From assembly GCA_965206595.1 (NCBI GenBank), contig OZ242214.1:256001-320000 (forward strand): a DNA stretch of 64,000 bases, in the 5' to 3' direction. This stretch comes from Candidatus Latescibacterota bacterium (lineage in GTDB: Bacteria > Latescibacterota > UBA2968 > UBA8231). A program made the translations under genes and the position numbers. This document shows, piece after piece, positions 44,905 to 55,889 of the stretch. Within the stretch, counting starts at the first letter, position 1. The number at the start of each line of letters is the position of its first letter. The notes under the pieces are model-generated. The model was not told the origin of the DNA. It saw nothing but the letters and a program-made list of their open reading frames with translations, and did no database searches.

Positions 44905-46323
44905 TTACAGGCCGCAGGCCTCGTCCGTCAGGTAGTCCCACTGGTGCACGTACGTCACGCCGTCGATCACCAGCCGGTGAGCGAGGGGCAGATCCTCTTC
45001 CCATGTCATTGCGGCACCCCAATTATGGGGCGGCTTGTCCCGCTTGCCCCAGCGGTTGCCGTTGTACCTCCGGAACAGGACCGTGCGGCCCTCACGGCTG
45101 ATGTACGCCACGACGATTACCTCCGAATTGGATGAATCCGCCTCGATGTCGAAGACGCGCATGCACTCGAACTCCCGGCCGCCGATGCGGACGTTGAAAA
45201 GGCCGTGGGAGAATATCTGCGGAGCGTTCGTTCTCCGATCAATCGTTCCGTCCGGCCGCTCGGTCAGGCAGCCCTTGTCCTCGACAAGCCGAGGGGACGC
45301 CGCAAAGTCATCCTCCCAGCCTTCGTCGAGGAAGGTCCGGAGCTCACTCGTGCCGTCGTCCCTCCGGGCAGACTCGACGGCCACCCACTGCACCTCGGCA
45401 TCGTCCAGCCGGCCCCAGACCCTGGTGCGGGACTCATCCTCCTCCGGCGCATGCTGGTTCGGAACGAGCCCGGACCGATCGGGATACCACTGCTCGTGGA
45501 CCTCGATCTCCACGCACTCCCGTCCGTGGACGATGGCCGGGCGCCGGGCTGCCATCGAGACAGCCTCGGTCAACTTCGGCACCGAACCGTCGCGGGTCTG
45601 CTCGTACTCCCCCCACCGCACACGGTCACCGATTTCGGGAACGATGAACCACCATGCCATCTCGCGAAGGTCGATGGTGAACGGTTGCCCCGTGCTCCTG
45701 GAGACCGTGATCTCCGGACGACGCTCCGGAAACGGCCGCTTCGCGGCTTCCCTGTTTCCGACGCTCATAGCAGTGCCCCTCCTCGTCTTGTTGATGCCCA
45801 ATTCTCTGCGCACCCGGTCGCGGCCGTGGGACAGCCGCCGCTTGACCGTTCCGGGCGGGCAGCGATGGCGGGCGGCTATCTCCGCAATGCTTAGTCCGTC
45901 CAGGTAGAACGCTATCAGCGCTCGCCGTTCCTTTTCGGGCACGACCTCGAACGCTTCGATCACGTCCTCAGCGGACCGGCGCTGGCGGGCTTCGGCCACC
46001 CCCAGGCGGTTTGCCCTCATTGTGAGCTCCTCGGACTCGACGACGCGCTCCCGCCGCTGGGTGGAACGCAGGTAGTCGCTGCAGCGGTTGCGCGCAACCT
46101 GGTAGAGCCAGGCGCGCGCGTTCCGCGGCTCTTGAACCCGCAGCCCCGCCCAGGCATGCATGAGGGTCTCCTGGAGCACGTCCTCGACCGCGTCGCATGC
46201 CCCCAGGCGATCGCGGATCAGCGCACTCATGGATCGTTCGTAGCGCCGGATCAGTGCGGCGAAGGCTTCCATGTCGCCGCTCCGGACCAGCCGGGAAAGA
46301 GTCTGATCGCTGAGGGATTCCAT
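44905..46323 (-). CDS. ECF sigma-70 factor with long C-terminal extension
   Basis: AF..LIRRY, EDVLQE, WLYQVARN, GLSIAEIA...GTVKRRL. Confidence 0.9.
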   Translation of the reverse strand: MESLSDQTLSRLVRSGDMEAFAALIRRYERSMSALIRDRLGACDAVEDVLQETLMHAWAGLRVQEPRNARAWLYQVARNRCSDYLRSTQRRERVVESEELTMRANRLGVAEARQRRSAEDVIEAFEVVPEKERRALIAFYLDGLSIAEIAARHRCPPGTVKRRLSHGRDRVRRELGINKTRRGTAMSVGNREAAKRPFPERRPEITVSRSTGQPFTIDLREMAWWFIVPEIGDRVRWGEYEQTRDGSVPKLTEAVSMAARRPAIVHGRECVEIEVHEQWYPDRSGLVPNQHAPEEDESRTRVWGRLDDAEVQWVAVESARRDDGTSELRTFLDEGWEDDFAASPRLVEDKGCLTERPDGTIDRRTNAPQIFSHGLFNVRIGGREFECMRVFDIEADSSNSEVIVVAYISREGRTVLFRRYNGNRWGKRDKPPHNWGAAMTWEEDLPLAHRLVIDGVTYVHQWDYLTDEACGL

Positions 46324-46523
46324 CGGGCCTGTCGAGCTTCATCTAACAGGGCGCAGTCCGGCGGCAAAAGGTTCACCAGCCTGAAAACGCACGAATCAGG
46401 TCAGGATGAAACGGCAGGCGGTCGCAGGACTCACCGCCTTCGGCGGCGAAGTCGCACCCGGGTAAGGACTGCGCCGGAACGATGGCGGCCCGCCTGCGGC
46501 CGAAGGAGTCGGCGAAAATGATG

Positions 46524-47369
46524 CTATTGTGGAACCTGCTTGCCGGCTTTTTTCTGCAGTCCTTCAGGACGGGGCTTCTGCGGCCAGACGATCTGCCGCC
46601 GCTCGGGCGTCAGGCGCGCCAGCAGCTCGTCCGAAGGATGGTAGCCGTGGCGGAAGTTTCCCCAGGATGGCCCGTAGCGATAGACGAAGATCCGGCGGGT
46701 GCCCTCGTTCGCGCGCCGGGCCGAGCCGTGCGAGAGGCCGTCGACGAAGAGCAGGGCGTCGCCCTTGGCCATGTGGCACTCGATGGCGCCGGCGATGCCC
46801 TCGACCGTGGCGCCTCCGGGACGCATGCGATGCCGGTCCAGGTCGGGATGCGAGAAGTTGGACTTGTGGCTGCCGGGGATCACCATGGTGCCGCCGTCCC
46901 CCGGGCCGATGTCCGTGAGCGCCACGAGGATGTTGATCTGGCCGCACATGTAGCGTCCGCCGTGGTAGCGGAACTGGTTGCGCATGTTGGGCGGGTAGCC
47001 GCCCGAGTGCAGGCCGATGGCCTCCCCGGGCTGGCGGAAGTTGGCAAGGTTTTCGTCGATGAACAGCGGCCCGTGCGCGTAGTCGAACGTGCCCTCCCCG
47101 CCGACGAAGTGCTTCACTTTCTCTATCCAGGCGGGATGGTCGATCATGCGCTCGAAAGGTTCGCCCGCCTCGTAGATCTGCTGCAGGTTGAGGCCGTCGA
47201 CCGTGCGATAGGTGTGGGCGTGGACGTGGCCGTACCAGTCGCCCGGCTCCAGGGGCGGGATGGCGTCGAGGCAGTCGTTGAGATCCCTGACCTCGCCGCC
47301 GGTCAGCGCCCCCTCCAGGTGCAGGTAGCCGCGCAGGTCGAAGAGATAGTTTTCGAGGTCGGTGACCAT
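46524..47369 (-). CDS. PhyH-family Fe/2OG enzyme with H-S-G in place of HxD
   Basis: YLFDLRGY, GLHSG, IPGSHK, LSHG, RR. Confidence 0.85.
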   Translation of the reverse strand: MVTDLENYLFDLRGYLHLEGALTGGEVRDLNDCLDAIPPLEPGDWYGHVHAHTYRTVDGLNLQQIYEAGEPFERMIDHPAWIEKVKHFVGGEGTFDYAHGPLFIDENLANFRQPGEAIGLHSGGYPPNMRNQFRYHGGRYMCGQINILVALTDIGPGDGGTMVIPGSHKSNFSHPDLDRHRMRPGGATVEGIAGAIECHMAKGDALLFVDGLSHGSARRANEGTRRIFVYRYGPSWGNFRHGYHPSDELLARLTPERRQIVWPQKPRPEGLQKKAGKQVPQ

Positions 47370-47375
47370 GAGTCC

Positions 47376-48530
47376 TCAGCGTTCTACGGGATCGCCCCAG
47401 GAGCCTTCGATGTACGGAAAGCGCGCCTCGAGATCGTCGGCCAGTTCGACGCCGAAGCCCGGGGCGCCGGGCAGAACCAGATGGCCGTCTTCGATCGGCG
47501 GTTTCTCGCGCAGGATCTCCCACTGCAGGGGACCCTGCTTCATGTTCAGCTCCACCAGGCGCGGATCGGGAAGCGCCGCGACCATGTGGGCGTTGGCCAT
47601 CGTCATCAGGCCGTTGTGCCAGTTGTGGGGGATCAGGGGTATGCCGCCGTAGTCGAAGTGGGCCTTGCGGCCGACCTCCATGCAGAGGTCGATGCCGCAG
47701 ACGCCGGCGTCCGGCTGGACGATGCCGAAGCCCCCCGCCTCCATGAACGGCTCGAACTGCGCCCAGGTGGTAAAAGGTTCGCCCCCTGTGATGGGGATGG
47801 AGACGGCCTCGTTGAGCCGGGCGTAGTCCGCGGGCACGCGTTCGACCGGCTCCTCGAACCAGGCCCAGCCCATTTGGTCGAGGGCCTCGGCGATGGGCAG
47901 CGCCTCCTCCATCGAGAGGCGGCAGTTGCCGTCGAGGGCCAGGTCCATGCGCGCGCCCACGGCCTCGTGGACCTGGCGCGCTATCTTCAGGAAGCGGTCG
48001 ACGGTGACGCCCGACCAGGCCCAGTGGGTGCCGAGGCGCATCTTGTAGGCGGTGAAGCCCTCTTCGGCGTACCCGATCGCCTCTTCGACCACGGACTCGG
48101 GGCGGTCGTCCCAGTCGTAGCGCACGCCCGAGGAAGCGTAGAGGGGGAGGCGGCGCAGGGGCTCCTGCCCGGGAGCGCAGAGCAGGTCGGCGGCCGGTTT
48201 GCCGGCGATCTTGCCGCGCAGGTCCCACAGCGCGCAGTCGAGGCCGGCGTTGGCGATGTCGTTGGCGCGCACCGCTTCGTTGTGCGGCGTCAGGTCCTCG
48301 TCGCGGGGGTCGCGGCCGACGAGAGCGGGCTTGAGCTCCTCGATGCGGGCGGCGATTGCGGGCGGCACACCGTACGCGCAAGGCTCGGCGATCCCCTGCA
48401 GGCCCTCGTCGGTCTCGATGATGCAGATCGAGCAGTCGGCCTTGGGCACGTGGAAGGTGGCGCTGTACCATTGGCGCTCCGGCTCGTGGGCGCGCGAGAG
48501 CGAGAGCGTGCGGATATCGGTGATCTTCAT
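47376..48530 (-). CDS. Mandelate racemase/muconate lactonizing enzyme family protein
   Basis: ALWDLRGK, K.R, DGN, WFEEP, GGE, QPD, PHNW. Confidence 0.9.
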   Translation of the reverse strand: MKITDIRTLSLSRAHEPERQWYSATFHVPKADCSICIIETDEGLQGIAEPCAYGVPPAIAARIEELKPALVGRDPRDEDLTPHNEAVRANDIANAGLDCALWDLRGKIAGKPAADLLCAPGQEPLRRLPLYASSGVRYDWDDRPESVVEEAIGYAEEGFTAYKMRLGTHWAWSGVTVDRFLKIARQVHEAVGARMDLALDGNCRLSMEEALPIAEALDQMGWAWFEEPVERVPADYARLNEAVSIPITGGEPFTTWAQFEPFMEAGGFGIVQPDAGVCGIDLCMEVGRKAHFDYGGIPLIPHNWHNGLMTMANAHMVAALPDPRLVELNMKQGPLQWEILREKPPIEDGHLVLPGAPGFGVELADDLEARFPYIEGSWGDPVER

Positions 48531-48660
48531 CGGGCTCCTGCGGCGAAATTGAATTGGGGTATGTAGCGGGTTGAGCGGGTTGTACAAAGCCCATAATCGA
48601 GGGTACGGGCAAGCGGCCGGCAACGCTGGTTGGGCGACCTGTCCCGTGTAAAGGAGAACC

Positions 48661-49752
48661 ATGACTTACAGAATGATCCAGGTGGGAACCGGCGGACGGG
48701 GCCGCGCCTGGTGCGAGCGCATACTGCCTCCCAACATGGAGGACGGACTGATCGAGGCGGTCGCCGCGGTGGACACCAACCCCGACGTGCTGGTGAACGC
48801 GCAGACGTATCTCGGCCTGCCTCGCGAGAGGTGCTACACCGACCTTGGGCGAGCATTCGCCGAAAACGAGTCCGACTTCTGCACGGTCGTCGTGCCGCCG
48901 GCCTTCCACGAAGAGGTCGTCGACGCGGCCCTGGCCCACGACATGCACATCCTGTCGGAGAAACCGATCGCCGACACGCTCCTTGCGTCCTGTCGCATCA
49001 CCGAGAAGGTGCGGCGGGCGGGGAAGAAGATGGCGGTCACCATGAGCCACCGCTTCGACCAGGACAAGACCACCCTCCGCCAGGCCCTCAGGTCGGGCCG
49101 CTGCGGCGCCGTCGACTACCTGGTCATGCGCTTCACCTGCGACATGCGCGAGCGCGGCGACTGGGGGGCGGCGTTTCGCAACGAGATGAAGGACCCGCTG
49201 ATGATCGAAGGATCGGTCCATCACCTCGATATCCTCGCCGACATGGGTGGGGCCGACTGCCGCACGATCTACGCCCACACGTGGAATCCGGGGTGGGGCG
49301 TGTACGGCGGCGACTCGCAGGCGCTGGTGACGATGCAGCTCGACAACGGCGTCCGCGCCTTCTACGAGGGAGCCAAGACCAACGCCGTCGGGCTCAACGG
49401 CTGGGGGCGCGAGTACCTGCGCGCCGAGTGCGAGTCGGCTACCCTGATCATGGACCACCGCGAGATAGAGCGGTTCGGCCACGACCGCGAGGCAGGTTCG
49501 GTTCACACCCGCCACGGCGCCGGAGAAGCCGTTCCCCTGTTGCAGCAGCGCAAGTGGAGGGACGCGTGGCTGGTGGAGCAGTTCGCGCAATGGCTCGACG
49601 GCGGGGAACCGATGGAGACCCACGTCGAGGCCAACCTGCAATCGGTGGCGATGATCTTCGCCGCCATCGAGAGCTGCCGGACCGGAGGCCCTGTCGATGT
49701 GCAGGGGTTCCTGTCCGCGGCGCGGGCCCAGGCAGCGGAGGAGCTGGCTTAG
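48661..49752 (+). CDS. Gfo/Idh/MocA oxidoreductase
   Basis: G.GGRG, EKP, HHLD. Confidence 0.9.
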   Translation: MTYRMIQVGTGGRGRAWCERILPPNMEDGLIEAVAAVDTNPDVLVNAQTYLGLPRERCYTDLGRAFAENESDFCTVVVPPAFHEEVVDAALAHDMHILSEKPIADTLLASCRITEKVRRAGKKMAVTMSHRFDQDKTTLRQALRSGRCGAVDYLVMRFTCDMRERGDWGAAFRNEMKDPLMIEGSVHHLDILADMGGADCRTIYAHTWNPGWGVYGGDSQALVTMQLDNGVRAFYEGAKTNAVGLNGWGREYLRAECESATLIMDHREIERFGHDREAGSVHTRHGAGEAVPLLQQRKWRDAWLVEQFAQWLDGGEPMETHVEANLQSVAMIFAAIESCRTGGPVDVQGFLSAARAQAAEELA

Positions 49753-49895
49753 TAGGGCCGCGGAGCGCAGGACTCAGCCGGCAACCCAGGATTTCCCTAT
49801 GGCCGGTTCAGTTCGAAGGCCGCGCCGGTATCCCGCGACAGGCAGCGGCTCTGGTCGCTACGACCCTTGCCCCGGGAAGGTCGTTCACCCGGCCG

Positions 49896-51380
49896 TCACG
49901 GCTTCAGCTCACACTTGATTACCGTCAATGAATGCGGCTCGCAGGAGAGGGTCAGGGTGCCATCTTCCGCCGAGACCTCCGCGTTGCCCGGGACCACACG
50001 GTCGGGGGCCTCGAAGGAGTTCTCGTCGCCGGGATCCCCCGTCAGCGCGGTCGCGGCAGTGACCCGCGGGTGCCCGACGGCGCCGGCACGTACCGCTGTC
50101 CTGACAGGGTGTCCATCCTTGTTGAGCAGGGATACCGTCAGCTTGCCGCCGTCGACCGAGGCTACGACATCGATCCGGTCACCTGCGGTCTCCACGCCCA
50201 CACTCTCCGCGTTCCTGTGCGCGGCCAGCATCGACATGGCGTGGTATTGCGGGGTGCGCAGGAGCTCCCCGCCGCTGGTTTGGAGCAGGGGCGCCCAGGT
50301 GTTGGTCGGATACAGGTAGGTCGCCATCTTCACGCGATCGGCATGCCGCATCCACCAGTGCATGCGCTCGGCGACCTTGAGCCCGCCGTCGAGCCGGGCC
50401 TCGTTTTCATATGTCAGATTGGCGCGGCCCTGGTGCAGGACGATCTCGAAGACCGACATGGTGTCGCGCCATTCCTGCGGCCATCCGCAGGTGAACCGCG
50501 TCTGTCCCTCCCATTCCTCGACACACAGCTCGAGACCGCCGTCGAAGTGCTCGTCTATCATGGCGATCGTATCGCGCAGGTCCTGCTCCTTGGGGTATTT
50601 GAGACCCAGCATGTGCAGCTTGCCGCCCGGTTCGATATCCATTCCCTGTTCCGACGCCGAGGCGACGTCGTTGCTGATGACGCCCCCCGCTTTCGAAAGC
50701 GTCGAGAACCGCTTGAGGAAACGCTCGTTCCAGTCGGCATTCCAGCCCTCGGCGATGATGCGGGAGGCCGGGTCGACCTGGCGCATGAAGAACGTCCACC
50801 TGAATACCAGCTCCGCGTACCCTTCGGGCGACCAGGCGTCGGCGGTCTCGTTTCCGATGATCCACGAGCGCACTCCCAGGGGTTCCGGTTCGCCGTTGGC
50901 GCGCCGTTCCCCGGTGAGGCAGGTGTCGCCGTCGTGGTTGCAGTACTGCATCCACTCGAGCGCTTCGTGCAGCGTGGCGCTGACCGGGTTGAGCTTTATG
51001 GAGGGTGCGGCTCCCACCTTCCTGCACAGCCGGACGAACTCGTGGGTGCCGAACTCGTTGGTCTCTTCGCCGCCGAAGAAGAAATTCCAGGTTCGTTTCC
51101 TGTCCGGGCCTGTGCCGTCGCGCCAGCGGTAGTAGTCGGCAGGAGTGCCGCCGGGGAAACGGATCGCGCCGATCCCGAGCTCGCGCAGGGCGGCTATGCT
51201 GTCGAGCCGCAGTCCCTCGTCGTTCGGAATCGACGGGTCTTCACCCACCCAGATGCCGTCGAGGAGGGTTCCGTAGTTCTCGATCAGGCATCCGAACAGC
51301 TCCGGTGCGATGGTGCCGGTTCGCCGGTCTGTCAGGGTGATGTCCACTCGATCTTCCAAAACTGTTCTTCCTGTTCTCAA
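49896..51380 (-). CDS. GH51 alpha-L-arabinofuranosidase-like protein (start uncertain)
   Basis: RFPGG, Y.W.DG.GP, N.FGTHEF, IGNE, EEW. Confidence 0.85.
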   Translation of the reverse strand: MRTGRTVLEDRVDITLTDRRTGTIAPELFGCLIENYGTLLDGIWVGEDPSIPNDEGLRLDSIAALRELGIGAIRFPGGTPADYYRWRDGTGPDRKRTWNFFFGGEETNEFGTHEFVRLCRKVGAAPSIKLNPVSATLHEALEWMQYCNHDGDTCLTGERRANGEPEPLGVRSWIIGNETADAWSPEGYAELVFRWTFFMRQVDPASRIIAEGWNADWNERFLKRFSTLSKAGGVISNDVASASEQGMDIEPGGKLHMLGLKYPKEQDLRDTIAMIDEHFDGGLELCVEEWEGQTRFTCGWPQEWRDTMSVFEIVLHQGRANLTYENEARLDGGLKVAERMHWWMRHADRVKMATYLYPTNTWAPLLQTSGGELLRTPQYHAMSMLAAHRNAESVGVETAGDRIDVVASVDGGKLTVSLLNKDGHPVRTAVRAGAVGHPRVTAATALTGDPGDENSFEAPDRVVPGNAEVSAEDGTLTLSCEPHSLTVIKCELKP

Positions 51381-51405
51381 AGCAATTCAATGCGGGGACA
51401 AATTG

Positions 51406-52337
51406 ATGAATGAATCCAAGAATAGCGCCATTGATCCACGACGCCTTAAAATGGCGTCCCGTACCGTCCGGCATACCATTTTCTGGCACCCGTCAACTGG
51501 ATGAACGATCCGAACGGAACCCTCTTCTGGAAAGGCAGGTACCACATCATCGGAACCTACGCCGACCGCAGGTTCACTCCTGAACGTCACAAACGATTGG
51601 CCCTCGGCGAGACAGGCCGCCCCGGTGTCTACAACGAGGGTCTGACGCTGCTGGACGACAAGGGCCGGCGCATTCTGTTCGGGCGCCTGCACGAAGGGCG
51701 CTACAGTTACGTCCAACGCGCCTCCGGCTGGGCGGGGATATTCGCCCTCCCGATGGTGCTGTCGTTGTCCGACGACGGCGACCTGCTCATGGAACCGGTC
51801 CCGGAACTGGAGGCGTTGCGAGGTGAGCACACGCACTTTTCCGATATCCAGTTGAACGCGGAGGAAGATTGCCGGCTTGATGGAATCAGTGGAAACCGGC
51901 TGGAAATCCGAGCGTTGCTCGAATGGGAGAGCGCCGAAGAATTCGGTCTGAAAGTCTGCTGTTCTCCCGGCGGCGAAGAGCAAACCCTGATTCGTTTCAA
52001 CCTCAATCCATGGTCAGCCAACCGTGCGCCGCAAGAGATCGGGCCGCTCAGGGAGTTGATTCTGGACGTAAGCCGCTCCAGCATCAGTCTTGAGGTGAGC
52101 AATCGCGAATCGCAGCGGTGCGCGTTCGACCACCCTTACGGCAAGCCGATGGAACTGCGGGTGTTCGTGGACCGGAGCGTGGTGGAGGTCTTCGCCGATG
52201 ACCGCCATTATCTGGCGAAGCGCATATATCCCGCCCGCCCGGACAGTCTCGGCGTACAGCTTTTTTCGCGAGGGGGAAAGGCGACTGTGCGTTCCCTGGA
52301 CGTATGGCAGATGGGGGCCATCTGGCCCATTGAATAG
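51406..52337 (+). pseudogene. GH32 glycosidase with frameshift and large internal deletion
   Basis: YRPAYHF.AP.NWMNDPNG runs directly into the late propeller; RDP and EC motifs absent; C-terminal VDRSVVEVF present. Confidence 0.8.
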
Positions 52338-52450
52338 CATCGTTTCGCATTGGAACGGGTTTCCCGGGGCAATCCGTGCAGGTCGCCGCTCCCGGGCAAT
52401 CCCCACCAAAACGGAGGAACTCCGAAACACCGGGAGCGGCGGGTTTTGAA

Positions 52451-53236
52451 ATGACCACGGACGTGTCCCGTCAGTACAAGGATTCCAGGAACCTCAGGGC
52501 GCGCCTCAGCCTCCACGTCCGATTCAGCACCAACAAGCTCGACTGGTCCAGGTGGGTCTTCGAGCGCCTCGGCCTGAAACCGGACAGCCGTGTTCTGGAG
52601 TTGGGGTGCGGGACCGGGGAGCTCTGGAAGCGCAATCTGCCGGATGTGCCGCCGGGATGCGAGGTCGTGCTGTCGGACCTGTCCCCCGGCATGGCGACCG
52701 AGGCGCGTGACAGACTGGCGGCGGACCGTCGGTTCATGACCTGCGTGTGCGACGCGCAGGCACTGCCGTTCCCGGAGGAGTCCTTCGACCTGGTTGTGGC
52801 CAACCACATGCTCTACCACGTTGCGGATCGCCGGCGCGGGCTGGGAGAGATATGGAGGGTACTGAAACCGGGAGGCAGGTTGATGGCTGCCACTAACGGC
52901 CTGTCCCACATGCGGGAGCTGTTTCAAATGCTGGACCGGGTGAGTCCCGGCACCAAAAGCAGGCTCGTCGCAGTCGAGGGAAGGTTCAGCCTGCAGAACG
53001 GCGCCGACCTGCTCGGGGAGTGGTTCACCGAGGTTGCCATGACGCCGCGTGACGACTCCCTGGAGGTAACGGAGGCCGGGCCGGTGGTCGCTTACGGGCT
53101 GTCGACCAACCGCGACCTGTCTGGAGACAGGGCATCCAGGTTGGCGGAGCTCGTGGAGGATGAGATAGCCAGGAACGGCCGGTTTGCCATCACCAAGGAG
53201 ACCGGCCTGTTCGAGGCGCGGAAGCAGCGGGGGTAG
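52451..53236 (+). CDS. Class I SAM-dependent methyltransferase
   Basis: VLELGCGTG, DLSPGM, LPF..SFD, ANHMLYHV, LKPGG. Confidence 0.9.
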   Translation: MTTDVSRQYKDSRNLRARLSLHVRFSTNKLDWSRWVFERLGLKPDSRVLELGCGTGELWKRNLPDVPPGCEVVLSDLSPGMATEARDRLAADRRFMTCVCDAQALPFPEESFDLVVANHMLYHVADRRRGLGEIWRVLKPGGRLMAATNGLSHMRELFQMLDRVSPGTKSRLVAVEGRFSLQNGADLLGEWFTEVAMTPRDDSLEVTEAGPVVAYGLSTNRDLSGDRASRLAELVEDEIARNGRFAITKETGLFEARKQRG

Positions 53237-53277
53237 AAGGTGAGCGGGGAAACTATCGGGAAATCAGGGATTCTCCT

Positions 53278-53703
53278 TCAAACCTCGGTTTCACCGTCAC
53301 CCCAGCGCTCGCGCATCTGGAAGAGCGTGAAGGACGCGGTCCAGGCGATCAACACCAGGCCGGTCACGGCCTCCAGCACCACCAGGAGCTGGCCGCCGCG
53401 CAGGGGCACGACGTCGCCGAAGCCGAGGGAGGTGTAGACCGACCCGGAGAAGTAGACGATGTCGAGAATGGTCGGAGAGGGGATGGTCAGCTCCACGGCC
53501 CCGGCGCGAATCAGCACGAGCCATCCGAGCGCGAAGAGCAGCACTTCGGCGACGTGCGCCCCCAGCGCCAGCACAACCGCCACGGCCACGGCCCCCCGCT
53601 TCCATCCCGGCAGGGAGCGGACCACCGCGGAGGCCAGCACGAGCAGTTCGTAGTGCAGGCCGACGACGAGCAGGGGGAGAACGACCGCGGCGATGAAAGT
53701 CAA
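53278..53703 (-). CDS. Potassium channel family protein (Ion_trans_2; start uncertain)
   Basis: YFS..YTSLGFGDV.P selectivity-filter motif. Confidence 0.8.
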   Translation of the reverse strand: MTFIAAVVLPLLVVGLHYELLVLASAVVRSLPGWKRGAVAVAVVLALGAHVAEVLLFALGWLVLIRAGAVELTIPSPTILDIVYFSGSVYTSLGFGDVVPLRGGQLLVVLEAVTGLVLIAWTASFTLFQMRERWGDGETEV

Positions 53704-54009
53704 GGGGAGGGCCTTTCGTGGACGCCCTTGAGGCGGCCCCGGAGATCGGGAATGGTCACTGCGGGGATCGGTGCCATCGGCAATGGCTTCGCGTCGAGAC
53801 CGCGGGCCCTGAGGTCGGAGGCGAAAACCCGCGATGAAACCGGACCCTGCCACCCGTATCTTTCAGCCGGAAGAGCACGGACTGTCGGCATCGGGAGCGA
53901 TGAACCGTGAAAGTGGGGAGCATTGCGATCCCCTCCGTTGCAGGGCTTCGGATAGCGCGATGTCCCGACCGTTCAGCCAACCCCTTCCTGCAAACACCCA
54001 GGACACATC

Positions 54010-55883
54010 ATGGCCAAACGCAAGAGCAGGTCCGGGTCGCGTGACGTGACCCGCGGGGGCGACGTTCCCCGCACCTTTGAGACGAGGACCGGGGAATTCA
54101 ACTACAGGCGCCTCGAGTCGATGGTGCCCATGCGCGACGGCGTGAAGCTGTTCACGTTGATCCTGATTCCGGAGGGCGTGGCGGGGAAGATGCCGATCGT
54201 GCTGACGCGCACCCCCTACGACGCCAAGGGCCGGGTTTCGCGCAGCCACAGCCCCGACATCGCCATGGTCCTGCCCGCGGCGGACGAGGCCCTCGTGCGC
54301 GACGGTTACATCCGCGTCTACCAGGACGTGCGCGGCCGCTTCGGCTCAAAGGGGAAGTACACCATGACCATGCCGGTGCGTGGGCCTTCAACGAGAGCGG
54401 GGTGGACCAGGTCACCGACGCCTGGGACACGGTCGAGTGGCTGGTGGAGAACGTCGAGGGCAACAACGGCCGCGTCGGCATCACCGGCGCTTCCTACGAC
54501 GGCCTGCTCACCCTGATGGCGCTCCTCGACCCGCACCCGGCCCTGAAGGCCGCCGTCCCCGTAAACGCCATGGTCGACTCCTGGCTCGGCGACGACTTCT
54601 ACCGGCACGGCGCCTTCCGCACCGTCATGCTGCAGTACGTCTACCGGCAGACCTCGACCAGGAGTGCCAGCCATTCCATCCCGTGGGGCTGCCGCGACAA
54701 CTACCAGGCCGTGCTCGAGGCCGGCTCCATCGGCGAGCTGGGGCGCCGCTACGGGGCCGACCGGCTCCCCGCCTGGAAGCGCCTCCTGGCGCACCCCGCC
54801 TACGACGACTACTGGAAGGACCAGGCCCTGCAGGAGCAGCTGGCGCGGGCGCCGCGGCGCGTCCCCGTGATCACCGTGCACAGCCTGTTCGACGCCGAGG
54901 ACCTCTACGGCCCGGTGCTCAGCCACGAGGCCATGGCCCGCAACGACCCGAGGGGCACGCGCACCCACCTGGCCATCGGGCCCTGGGCCCACGGGCAGAT
55001 GAGCAAGGAAGGATCGGAGCTCGGGAGCCTGAAGTGGGGGGAGGACACCTCCCTGCGCTTCCGCCGCGAGATGCTCAAGCCCTTCTGGGACCACCACCTC
55101 AAGAGAAGGAAGCCGGCCGAGCCGCTGCCGCGGGTGCTCGCCTTCGAGACGGGCGCCAACCGCTGGCGGCAATACTCGAGCTGGCCGCCGGTGAAGGAGA
55201 CGGAATCCCGCCGGCTCCACCTGCAGCCTGAGGGCGGTCTTTCATTCAAGGCCCTCCGGGCCGGGGACAGCCGCACCGAGTACGTCTCGGACCCGGCCAA
55301 GCCGGTGCCCTACCGGGTGCGCCCGATCCCGCCTGCCTTCGGCGGGGAGTCGACCTGGTCGCGGTGGCTGGTCGACGATCAGCGGCCCTTCTCCGACCGC
55401 ACCGACGTGCTCGTCTTCGTCGGCGAGCGGCTGCGGGAGCCCCTTACCCTGTGCGGCGAGCCATCGGCGACGCTCTTCGCCTCGACCACCGGCACCGACG
55501 CCGATTGGGTCGTCAAGCTCATCGACCTGTACCCCGACGAGGTCCCGGCGGAGCCGGCCATGGGCGGCTACCAGCTGATGATTTCCGGAGACATCCGGCG
55601 CGGCCGCTACCGCGAGAGCTTCGAGAAGGCGGAGCCGATCCCGCCCGGGCAGGTGCTGCCCTACCGCATAACCATGCCCCACGTGAACCACACCTTCCTG
55701 CCCGGGCACCGCATCCTCGTGCAGGTGCAGAGCTCGTGGTTCCCGGTCTACGACCGCAACCCGCAGACCTTCGTGGAGGAGATCGCCTGGGCCCGGCCGG
55801 AGGACTTCCGCAAGGCGACCCACGCCATCCATCACGGCCGCGGGGCGGCCAGCTTCGTCGAGCTGCCCATGCGCAAAGACTGA
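54010..55883 (+). pseudogene. CocE/NonD hydrolase (alpha-amino acid ester hydrolase-like), 1-nt frameshift near 54386
   Basis: MRDGVKL, RTPY, QDVRG, GASY, GPWAH, YVSDP.KPVP. Confidence 0.85.
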
Positions 55884-55889
55884 TTCTTC

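Noticed and set aside
46482-49641. 694-aa plus-strand and 1025-aa minus-strand ORFs
   Set aside because: They overlap well-supported PhyH, enolase-family and Gfo/Idh/MocA genes in other frames and carry no motifs.
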